Assembly (NCBI GenBank): GCA_037445735.1
Contig: JBBIJY010000002.1
Location: forward strand, 32,001-96,000
Direction of reading: 5' to 3'
DNA length: 64,000 nt
Source: Armatimonadota bacterium
Lineage (GTDB): Bacteria > Armatimonadota > Fimbriimonadia > Fimbriimonadales > GBS-DC
The position numbers were made by a program, and so were the translations under genes. Shown here piece after piece: positions 9,453-18,092 of this stretch (its first letter is position 1; each line of letters opens with the position of its first letter). The notes beneath the pieces were generated by a model that saw nothing but the letters and a program-made list of their open reading frames with translations, had not been told where the DNA came from and made no database searches.

Positions 9453-10940
9453 ATGGCGGATGCACAATCGCTGGAGCAGGCGGTGGCGTCGGTGGAAGGG
9501 CGCACCCGTGCAGGGCTGGCTGCGGTGGGCTGCGTGTTGCTGCTGGGGCTGCTCGGCGACGGGCTGTTCTTTGAGGCGGGCGTCGGGCTGAACCTGCCCC
9601 TGTGGAGCGCCGGCGTGGTGCTGAGCTAGCTGCTGACGGCGCGAGTGGCACACATGTCCCTGCAGCGGCTGACGCTCACGCTCGTTGCGGGCGCGTGGCT
9701 GTTCACTCTGCTAATTGCCTGGCGCGATTCGCCTGCACTGAACTGTTTGGCTACTGGCACCGCGCTGCTGCTTGTGGGGCTGGCAATCTATCCCTGGGCA
9801 CAGAACGCCCTGCGGGGCAGCATCGTGGAGTATTGCCTGCTGATGCCGCTCTATCTGCTCGGGCTGATGATGGCGGGGCTGCTCGCGCTGGTGCTGGGCG
9901 ATATTCGCTGGCGCGAGCTTTCGCATCTGCGTCCGATGCAGTCGCTGCGCCTTGTGCTGACGGGGCTGCTGCTCGCCGTGCCGTTCCTCATTTTGTTCGG
10001 CGTGCTGTTCACCTCCGCCGATGCGGTCTATCTGCAGCTGTGGCGCAACCTGTTCCAGTTCGAGTTTGACGGGCGCCATCTGGTGCTGATCGCGCTGTTC
10101 GCGTGGCTGGCAGGTGGGCTGCTGCGGCCGCTATTGTGGCGGGAGGAAATCGAGATGCGGGTGGATCAGGAGGTGCCGCGCGTGGGCGCGATCGAGATGG
10201 GCATCGCGCTGGGGCTGATTAACCTGCTGTTTATCAGCTTTGTCGCGGTGCAGATTCGCTATCTGTTCGGTGGCGCGTCGCTGGTACAGGTCACGCCGAA
10301 TTTGACCTATGCGGAGTATGCGCGGCAGGGCTTCGGGCAGCTGGTGCTGGCGTCGCTGTTCGTGCTGCCGATGCTGCTGCTGTTCGACTGGTTGACCGAT
10401 CGGCAGAATCGGGTTGCACGGCGCACCCTGCAGGTGATGGCGGTGCTGCTGATCGGGCTGCTGAGTGTGGTGATGGCGTCGGCGTGGCATCGGCTGCTGC
10501 TCTATCAGCAGGCGTACGGCTTGACTGAGCTGCGCGTCTATGCGGCTGCCGCGATGGTGTGGCTGGGGCTGACCCTCATCTGGTTTCTGCTGACTGTGCT
10601 ACCGGGTCGGCGCGAGCGGTTCAGCTTCGGCGCGGCGGCGCTGATTGCCGCCGTCGTGCTGGGACTGCATCTGGTCAATCCCGACGCGCTGATTGCGCGG
10701 GTCAATCTGCAGCGCGCCCTGCAGGGTCGGCGGCTCGATGTGGACTACCTCACGGCGCGAAGCGCGGACGCACTGCCCGTGATTGAGGCGATGCTCCCGC
10801 GCCTGCCCGCAGACCAGCAGCAGGCGGTTCGCGAGCAGCTGCGCAGGCGCTCCAGCTGGATTCACACCCGTGATTGGCGCGACTGGAACTGGAGCCGCAC
10901 CATCGGCAAACAGACACTGCAACGGCTACTCCGTCCATAG
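9453..10940 (+). pseudogene. DUF4153/DUF4173-like membrane protein interrupted by in-frame TAG at 9627-9629
   Basis: RBS plus ATG 9453 reads 58 codons (..LLGDGLFFEAGVGLNLPLW..) to TAG, then continues in frame into the 431-aa ORF (TYAEYARQGF, YGLTELR, NPDALIA). Confidence 0.7.
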
Positions 10941-10992
10941 CAGGACAAAATTGCCCACTGAAGGGTATGCTATACGATGGGATCTAACGGTG

Positions 10993-13674
10993 ATGGAAGA
11001 GAGGGCGTCGCGCGAGCTTAAAGGAGACGCCCCGCGTGGGGTGGTCACCCTCGTGTTCACCGACATCCAGAGCTATTCGGAGATGTCGGAGCGCTATCGC
11101 GGCGCGTTCCGACCCGTGCTGGAGCAGCATAACCAGCTCCTGCGGGCAATCAGCCAGCATCATGGCGGCTACGAGGTGAAGGTGATTGGCGACGCCTTCT
11201 TTCTTGCTTTCGAAAGCGCCGAGGAGGCGGTGCGGTTCGCTCTGGAAGCGCAGAGCGCGATTCTGAACGCTGAATGGCGCATCGCTCTGCCCGACGGTGC
11301 ATCGGTGGAGGTACCCCTGCGCATCCGTATCGGCATGCACACGGGCGAGCCGGAGCCGATTGTCCATCCCGATGGCGCGGTGGACTATGTGGGACCCGAT
11401 GTGAATCGCGCCTCGCGCATCTGCTCGGCAGCGCATGGCGGGCAGATTCTGCTCTCGTCGGCGACGCACGCGCTGATGATGGCTGTGCTGGAGTCGAGCC
11501 CTGTGTCCGAGCCCGTTCAGTTCCGCCCGCTGGGTCAGTACTGGCTGAAGGGCGTGGGGCGCGAGCGGCTCTGGCAGGTGTGGAGGGAGGGGTTGCCAGA
11601 TGTTTTTCCGCCGCCGAACGCGCCCCGCGCCGAGCTGCACAACCTGACGCTTGCCGACACGCCGCTCATCGGGCGCGAGCGTGAGGTGGAGGAGCTGAGC
11701 GCGCTGTTGCAATCGCCCAATCATCCGCTCGTCACGCTGATCGGACCCAGTGGTGTGGGCAAGACGCGCCTGGCGCAGACGGTCGCCGAAACGCTGCTGG
11801 AGCAGTTCGCGGACGGCGTGTGGTTCATCCCGCTGGACGGCTTGACCACACCCGACGCGATTGCTCAGCGCATCCTGCAGGAGCTGCCCATACAGGCGCG
11901 GGGCGATGTGGACCCGCTCCAGCAGCTGGTCGCCTACGCGCAGGCGCGCACGATGCTGCTTGTGCTGGATGGAATCGAGTCGGTATCGGCGCTGACGCCG
12001 GTGGTGCGGGCGCTGGTGCAGAGCGCGGCGCACACGCGCCTGCTGGTGCTGAGTTTGAACCCGTTGCAGTTGCGGGTGGAGTATCTGTACGAGCTGAAGC
12101 CTCTGAGCGTGCCGCCGCCGTCTGCAGATCACGACCCTGCGGCACTGGAGCGCTACGGCGCGGTGCAGCTCCTGCTGGAGCAGGCGCGTCGGCACGCGCC
12201 GAACTTCGAGCTGACCGCCACGAACGCGCCCGCCATCGCTGAGCTGTGCCGCCAGCTGGACGGACTGCCGCTGGCACTGGAGCTGACTGCCGCCCGACTG
12301 GCGCTGCTGACACCCACCGAAATGCTCAAACGGCTCGATGAACGGTTCCAGATTCTGCAGACGCGCAGCCCCGACATGCCCCCGCGCCAGCGCGCCCTGC
12401 AAAGCGCCATCGAATGGTCTTACTGCCAGCTGGAGCCGTCCACCCGCGCCTTTTTCGAGCAGCTTGGCGTGTTCGCGGGCAGCTTCGCGATTGAAGATGT
12501 GGAGGCGGTGTGCGAATCGCCCAGCCCGCTCGACGATTTGCTGGAGCTGCGCCAGCGCGCAATGCTGGTTGAGCTGCACTTCAAGGACGAGCGGCGGTTC
12601 CGCCTGCTGAACCCGATGCGCCTGTTCGCACTGAGCATGGTGCGCGAGCAGCCCGACAAGTACGCCGCCCTGCGCCAGCGTCACGCGGAGCATTTCCTGC
12701 GGGTGGCGCAGTTCTGCCTGAGTCAGGTGCGAACACCCTTCGAAAGCGATGCCCTGCGGAACGCCGAGTGGCAGATGGACAACCTGCGCGCCGCGCTGGA
12801 ATGGTTCACCGAGCAAGGCGACTGGGTGCGGCGAACGCAGCTCGCGCTCGCGCTCTCCCAACTGTGCGACCGACTCGGCTGGCTGCCCAGCGCGAACGCT
12901 TACCTGCAGGACGCGCTCGACTCCGCGCTCTTTTTAGGCGAGGAGTATGGCGAGCTGCACGCCGATTTGCAACTGGAACTATCCGCGCTGCAGTATGAGC
13001 GCCACGAATGGGAGAGCGCGCTGCGCACGGCGCAGGACGCGCTGGAACGCTTCCAGTCGCTCGGCTCGCTCAAAGGGACAGCGCGCGCCCACAACCTGCT
13101 GGGACTGATTGCCCTGCGCATGGGACAGCACGATCTGGCAGAGACCCATCTGCAGAACGCTCTGCAAGCCTTTATGCGGGCGAACGAACCCGTGTGGATG
13201 GCGCTCGTGCTGAACAATCGCGGACTGCTGGAGTATGAACGGGGTCGCCTGGAGGATGCGGCGCGCTTTTTACAGCAGGCGATCCAGCGTCAACGCACGC
13301 TGGGCGACGCGCGCGGGCTGTCCGAAACGCTGACCAATCTCGGCGCCGTTTGCCTGCAACAGGGCGAGCTGGATGCCGCCCTGCGCCATTACACCGAGTC
13401 GCTCGAATGCGAGATTCAACTCCATCACCAGCTGGGCATCGCGCGCGGGTTGTGCAACATCGGTGAGGTGCTGATGCTGCAGGGCAGACCGCTGGAGGCT
13501 GCCCGCCATCTCCACGCCGCCGCCCAGCTCTTCCAGCGCTACGACTCGCCCAATCGGGACTACGCGCTCGCGCTGATTGCCAGCCTGCCACTGGATGCCG
13601 CCACCCGCGCCCAGTTAGAAGCCGAATCGCAGAACCGCGCCACCGATGACCTGCTCCAGTGGGCCCGCGCCTGA
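10993..13674 (+). CDS. Class III adenylate/guanylate cyclase - STAND NTPase - TPR fusion
   Basis: FTDI, KVIGDAF, DYVGPDVNRASR; Walker A GPSGVGKT, LLVLD, GLPLAL; C-terminal TPR-like repeats. Confidence 0.88.
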   Translation: MEERASRELKGDAPRGVVTLVFTDIQSYSEMSERYRGAFRPVLEQHNQLLRAISQHHGGYEVKVIGDAFFLAFESAEEAVRFALEAQSAILNAEWRIALPDGASVEVPLRIRIGMHTGEPEPIVHPDGAVDYVGPDVNRASRICSAAHGGQILLSSATHALMMAVLESSPVSEPVQFRPLGQYWLKGVGRERLWQVWREGLPDVFPPPNAPRAELHNLTLADTPLIGREREVEELSALLQSPNHPLVTLIGPSGVGKTRLAQTVAETLLEQFADGVWFIPLDGLTTPDAIAQRILQELPIQARGDVDPLQQLVAYAQARTMLLVLDGIESVSALTPVVRALVQSAAHTRLLVLSLNPLQLRVEYLYELKPLSVPPPSADHDPAALERYGAVQLLLEQARRHAPNFELTATNAPAIAELCRQLDGLPLALELTAARLALLTPTEMLKRLDERFQILQTRSPDMPPRQRALQSAIEWSYCQLEPSTRAFFEQLGVFAGSFAIEDVEAVCESPSPLDDLLELRQRAMLVELHFKDERRFRLLNPMRLFALSMVREQPDKYAALRQRHAEHFLRVAQFCLSQVRTPFESDALRNAEWQMDNLRAALEWFTEQGDWVRRTQLALALSQLCDRLGWLPSANAYLQDALDSALFLGEEYGELHADLQLELSALQYERHEWESALRTAQDALERFQSLGSLKGTARAHNLLGLIALRMGQHDLAETHLQNALQAFMRANEPVWMALVLNNRGLLEYERGRLEDAARFLQQAIQRQRTLGDARGLSETLTNLGAVCLQQGELDAALRHYTESLECEIQLHHQLGIARGLCNIGEVLMLQGRPLEAARHLHAAAQLFQRYDSPNRDYALALIASLPLDAATRAQLEAESQNRATDDLLQWARA

Positions 13675-13784
13675 AATCTCCCAGCCACCTGCGAATTCCC
13701 CTGCCGCTTCAGAGCGAGGGCACGCGCTCCCCTCGCTGACAGCAACATTCGGGAAGCGGTATAATACAGGCGTCTGGAGGTTGG

Positions 13785-14531
13785 ATGATGAGGCGAACTC
13801 GAACGGGCAACCGATGGCACCTTCTGATGCTGATGGGGGTGGCAATCGCGCTCAGCGGCTGCAAAGGCACCATCTGGAGCAAGCAGGACGAGGTGCGCAT
13901 CGGCAAAGAGGTGAGCGCGGATGTCGAAAAAGCCTACAAGCTCGACCAGAACCCCGCGCACCAGCAACGGGTGCAGCGAATTGGGCAGCGGCTTGTTGTT
14001 GTCGCCCGCGTGGAACCGTACGAATACACTTTCAAAGTGCTGGACTCGGACGAAGTGAACGCCTTCGCGCTGCCGGGCGGACCTATCTATGTGATGCGCG
14101 GATTGCTGGAGATGGTGGGCGATGACGACGACGCGCTGGCGTGCGTGCTGGGGCACGAACTGGCGCATATTAACAAGCGCCATGCTGCGCGGCAGGCGAC
14201 ACGCGGCGCATGGGCAAGCGTGCTGATCGCGCTGGGCACGCGCGGGCGCGTGCGCGATGTCGCCGAAATCTCCGCTGCCCTGCTCCAGCTCAAATACAGC
14301 CGCAATCAGGAGTATGAAGCCGACCGGGTGGGACTGGAGTACGCCTACCGAGCGGGCTACGACCCGAACGGGATGATCCGATTCTTCCAGAAAATGTTGC
14401 AGAAGCAAAAAGAGGGCGATAAGGGCATCCTGGCGAACCTGCGCACGCACCCGCTGACCGAGAACCGCATCAAACGCGCTCAGGAGCAGATCACGAAGCT
14501 GACCACATCTCCGCAGGAGGCGCGGCGGTGA
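13785..14531 (+). CDS. M48 family metalloprotease lipoprotein
   Basis: Lipobox LSGC, NAFALPGG, HELAH, EYEAD, THP. Confidence 0.88.
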   Translation: MMRRTRTGNRWHLLMLMGVAIALSGCKGTIWSKQDEVRIGKEVSADVEKAYKLDQNPAHQQRVQRIGQRLVVVARVEPYEYTFKVLDSDEVNAFALPGGPIYVMRGLLEMVGDDDDALACVLGHELAHINKRHAARQATRGAWASVLIALGTRGRVRDVAEISAALLQLKYSRNQEYEADRVGLEYAYRAGYDPNGMIRFFQKMLQKQKEGDKGILANLRTHPLTENRIKRAQEQITKLTTSPQEARR

Positions 14532-15214
14532 AGGTGGCAGCGGTTGTGCCTGCGTACAACGAGGCGACGCGCCTGCCGCGCGTGCTGCAGGTGCTGACCG
14601 CCTGCGACTGCCTGCACGAGATTATCGTGGTCAACGACGGCAGCACCGACGCCACCGCCGAGGTCGCCCAGCGGTTCCCCCGTGTGCGCGTGCTGAACCT
14701 GCCTGTGAATCGGGGCAAGGGCGGCGCGATGTTCGCCGGCGCGACCGCCACCGATGCCGATGTGATTGTCTTCTTCGACGCCGACCTGATCGGGCTGAAA
14801 CCAGAGCATGTGGAGCGGCTGCTCCAGCCCCTGCGGGAGGGCGAGGTCGCCATGTCGATTGGTGTGTTTCGCGGCGGGCGGTTCAGCACGGACCTGGCGC
14901 AGATTCTGGTGCCGTTCATCAGTGGTCAGCGGGCGATGGTGCGCGACCTCTTTCTGGAGGTGCCGGGCATCGAAAGCACGCGCTCGGGTGTGGAGATCGC
15001 GCTCACGCTCCATTTCTTGCGCCAGCGCTATCCTGTTCAGCAGGTGGTGCTGACGGGCATCACTCACACGATGAAGGAGGAGAAGCTGGGCTGGTTGCGC
15101 GGCACGCTCGCCCGCTGGAAGATGTACGCCGAGATTGCCCGCGCCTTCGCCCGCTACAGCCGCCTGCGCGACCTGCGCTACGCCGTCAGCCTGCGCGGCA
15201 AACAGATCGATTGA
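14528..15214 (+). CDS. Glycosyltransferase family 2
   Basis: VVPAYNE, VNDGSTD, GKGGA, DADL. Confidence 0.88.
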   Translation: MKVAAVVPAYNEATRLPRVLQVLTACDCLHEIIVVNDGSTDATAEVAQRFPRVRVLNLPVNRGKGGAMFAGATATDADVIVFFDADLIGLKPEHVERLLQPLREGEVAMSIGVFRGGRFSTDLAQILVPFISGQRAMVRDLFLEVPGIESTRSGVEIALTLHFLRQRYPVQQVVLTGITHTMKEEKLGWLRGTLARWKMYAEIARAFARYSRLRDLRYAVSLRGKQID

Positions 15215-15239
15215 AACAGGGTTCGATATGTTTGAACCG

Positions 15240-16211
15240 CTACCATGCGAACGCTTCGGGCGCGGGACCGCCAGGACCAGGGAATATCTCGTCCAGCCGC
15301 TTGAGGGTTGCCTCGTCGAGCCGGATCTCCAGCGCGCGCACGATGCGATCCAGCTGCTCGATGGTGCGCGGACCGATAATGGGCGCGGTGACGGCACGCT
15401 GGTGCAGCAGCCACGCGATGGCGACATTGGCGGGTTCCTCGCCCAGCTCGTCGCAGAGGCGCTCGTACGCCTCGATGCGGTCGCGATACTTCTCCAGCGC
15501 TTTCTGCACGCCTTCGGAGGCGCGCCGCCCGTTGCTGATGGCTTTCAGCACGCCACCGAGCAGACCGCTCGCCAGCGGACTCCACGGGATCACGCCCAGC
15601 CCGTACGCCTCACACGCGGGCAGCACCTCCAGCTCCACCATGCGCGCGTTCAGATTGTATAAACACTGCTCGGACACCAGCCCCATAAAGTGGCGCTGTT
15701 TGGCGATCTCCTGCGCCTGCGCGATGTGCCAGCCCGCGAAGTTGCTGCTGCCCACATACAGAATCTTGCCCTCATAGTAGAGCTGCTCCATCGCCTGCCA
15801 GATTTCCTCCCATGGGCACTCGCGGTCGATATGGTGCATCTGATAGAGATCGATCCAGTCGGTTTGCAGGCGGCGGAGGCTGTCCTCGCAGGCGCGTTTG
15901 ATGTGTCGGGCGGACAGACGCGATTCGTTGGGCCAGTCGCCCATCGTGCCGTACACTTTGGTGGCAATCACCACCTTCTCGCGCCGCCCGCCTCCTTTAG
16001 CGAACCAGCGCCCGATAATCTGCTCCGTCCAGCCCTCGCCCTTGCGCCAGCCGTAGGTGTTCGCCGTGTCAAAAAAGTTGATGCCCAGCTCAAGGGCGCG
16101 ATCCATAATGCGATGCGAGTCCTCCTCGCTGGTATGCGGACCGAAGTTCATCGTGCCCAGACATAATCGGCTCACCAGCAGACCTGAACGACCAAGATGC
16201 ACATATTGCAT
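15240..16211 (-). CDS. Aldo/keto reductase
   Basis: LCLGTMNFG, DTANTY, ATK, SLRRLQTDWIDLYQMH, WSPLASG; RBS before ATG 16211. Confidence 0.93.
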   Translation of the reverse strand: MQYVHLGRSGLLVSRLCLGTMNFGPHTSEEDSHRIMDRALELGINFFDTANTYGWRKGEGWTEQIIGRWFAKGGGRREKVVIATKVYGTMGDWPNESRLSARHIKRACEDSLRRLQTDWIDLYQMHHIDRECPWEEIWQAMEQLYYEGKILYVGSSNFAGWHIAQAQEIAKQRHFMGLVSEQCLYNLNARMVELEVLPACEAYGLGVIPWSPLASGLLGGVLKAISNGRRASEGVQKALEKYRDRIEAYERLCDELGEEPANVAIAWLLHQRAVTAPIIGPRTIEQLDRIVRALEIRLDEATLKRLDEIFPGPGGPAPEAFAW

Positions 16212-16312
16212 GGCATACACCTCCCATCTCAGGGCGACGATTCGCCATGCGGAGCCAATCCCCTGCAATCGGTCGCCTGTCGGGTAAAATCCCCTGCACA
16301 GGAGGCGGCTTT

Positions 16313-16642
16313 ATGGAACCGTTCATCACGATAGAGGAGTTTAAGAAGATCCAGCTGCGTGTGGCGACCATCACGGGCGCGGAACCTGTGCCCAACACCA
16401 GCAAGCTGCTCAGGTTGACGATCGATCTGGGAGGGGAGACGCGCACGCTGGTGGCTGGCATCGCCGACACCTACAGCCCTGACCAGCTCATCGGCAGGCA
16501 GATTGTGGTGGTGACGAACCTTCAGCCGGCGGTGATTCGCGGTGTGGTGTCCGAGGGCATGCTGTTAGCCGCCGATGTGGACGGCAAGGCGATTTTGATT
16601 CAGCCCGACAGCGCGGTTCCGCCAGGTAGCGTGGTGCGATGA
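16313..16642 (+). CDS. tRNA-binding OB-fold protein (MetG C-terminal/CsaA/Trbp111-like)
   Basis: ITIEEF, LVAGI, NLQPAVIRGVVSEGMLLAA; AGGAGG RBS. Confidence 0.85.
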   Translation: MEPFITIEEFKKIQLRVATITGAEPVPNTSKLLRLTIDLGGETRTLVAGIADTYSPDQLIGRQIVVVTNLQPAVIRGVVSEGMLLAADVDGKAILIQPDSAVPPGSVVR

Positions 16643-17229
16643 GCAGGCAACCGGTGTTGACGCCCGACATTCCGCAGCCCATCCCGCCGATTATCGAGCG
16701 GGTGTGGCTCACGCCGCGCCAGATTCGGCAGAAGGTGCGTCGGATTGCCCGCTGCATCGAGCGCGATTATGCGGGCGAGGTGCCCCATCTGGTAACGGTG
16801 ATGAAAGGCGGGCTGTTCTTCCTGACCGATCTGGCGCGCGAGCTGCGCATTCCGCACACGCTCGATTTCCTTGCCATCACCAGCTACGGCGCCCAGTCGC
16901 ACAGCGGCGAGGTGCGCCTCACCAAAGACCTCGATGAACCCATCGCAGGTCGGCATGTGATTGTGGTGGAGGACATTCTGGACACGGGGCTGACGCTGGC
17001 CTATATTCTCAAGAATCTGGAGCGTCGCAAGCCTGCCAGCCTGAAGGTGTGCGTGCTGTTAGACCGCCCCTACCGCCGCCTGATCGACATTCCCATCGAC
17101 TACAAGGGCTTCGACGCGCCCGACGAGTTTCTGGTCGGCTACGGGCTGGACTGGCGCCAGCAGTATCGCAGCCTGCCGTATATCGGTATCATTAAGCCAG
17201 AGGTGCTGCGTGCGGAGGCAGGGGGCTAA
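16639..17229 (+). CDS. hpt: Hypoxanthine phosphoribosyltransferase
   Basis: PRPP motif VIVVEDILDTGLTL; FLVGYGLD. Confidence 0.93.
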   Translation: MSRQPVLTPDIPQPIPPIIERVWLTPRQIRQKVRRIARCIERDYAGEVPHLVTVMKGGLFFLTDLARELRIPHTLDFLAITSYGAQSHSGEVRLTKDLDEPIAGRHVIVVEDILDTGLTLAYILKNLERRKPASLKVCVLLDRPYRRLIDIPIDYKGFDAPDEFLVGYGLDWRQQYRSLPYIGIIKPEVLRAEAGG

Positions 17230-17275
17230 GCGCGAGAGCGATGGCGATTGAACCCTCCTGCGTGGGAGGTGGAGC

Positions 17276-18067
17276 ATGCGACTGAAAATTTATCTGGGCA
17301 AACGGGGTGAGCCGTTCGAAGTGCCGTTGCACTACAACTATTTTCTGCAGTCGCTGATCTATCGCCATTTAGATGCGCATCTGGCACAGCGGTTGCACAA
17401 CGAGGGTTTTGGCGAGGGGAGCAAGCGGTTTCGGTTTTTCACCTTTTCGCGTTTGATGGGCGACTTTGAGCGTCGGGGCGAGCGGCTAATGTTCCCGCGC
17501 GGCGCGGTTCTCTATATCGCCTCACCCAACAGCCCATTTCTGGAGTCGCTGGCGCTGCACCTGCTCATGCAGAGCGAGCTGCCGATAGGCGAACAGCGCG
17601 TGCCGCTGTACAAAGCCACCGTGGAGCCGCAGCCCGAGTACCATCCCGAAGTGATTTTGAAGGCGCTCTCCCCGATTACCTTGCGCGAGACCCTGCGTCA
17701 AACGGGCGAGAAATACACCTACTACTACAGCCCGATAGAGCCTGACTTCAGCGAGCGGATTATCTCGAATCTGCGCGAGAAGGTGCGCATCTGGTACGGG
17801 CGCGACATTCCGCCTGGTGATGCCTATTGCGTGCCTTATGCGGTGGACATGCAGAAGAATTTTCACATGATTAACTTCAAGAACACATGGGTCAAGGGCT
17901 GGAGCGGGCTGTATCGGTTCCACGCGCCGCCAGAATATTTTGAGATAGCTCTGGACGCCGGCATCGGCGAGCGCAACTCAGGCGGATTCGGCTGCGTGGC
18001 GGTGTATCGAGTGGTTGACTCAGGTAGTTCCGCAAGTCCTGGTATAATAGAACATAAGGTTCAGTAA
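17276..18067 (+). CDS. cas6: CRISPR-associated endoribonuclease Cas6
   Basis: LHNEG, FTFSRL, LSPI, G-rich loop GIGERNSGGFG. Confidence 0.93.
   Translation: MRLKIYLGKRGEPFEVPLHYNYFLQSLIYRHLDAHLAQRLHNEGFGEGSKRFRFFTFSRLMGDFERRGERLMFPRGAVLYIASPNSPFLESLALHLLMQSELPIGEQRVPLYKATVEPQPEYHPEVILKALSPITLRETLRQTGEKYTYYYSPIEPDFSERIISNLREKVRIWYGRDIPPGDAYCVPYAVDMQKNFHMINFKNTWVKGWSGLYRFHAPPEYFEIALDAGIGERNSGGFGCVAVYRVVDSGSSASPGIIEHKVQ
18040..18048 (+). promoter_or_regulatory. Extended -10 promoter element inside the 3' end of cas6, upstream of cas8
   Basis: TGGTATAAT about 45 bp before the cas8 start. Confidence 0.5.
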
Positions 18068-18092
18068 GGCAGGACATAGAGGTAATAGGAGA

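Noticed and set aside
10984-12861. Long antisense ORFs (also 33671-35161, 47089-48285, 62339-63931 and others)
   Set aside because: Shadow frames of well-supported genes in high-GC DNA, with no recognisable motifs.
15205-15250. GATTGAAAC-12nt-GTTTGAACCGCTACC resembling the 3' and 5' ends of a type I-B CRISPR repeat (mini-array or creA-like)
   Set aside because: The two halves are not copies of each other, they overlap two stop codons, and GGTTCGA/TTGAACC is adequately explained as a terminator hairpin between convergent genes. Worth revisiting only if the genome's real repeat matches.
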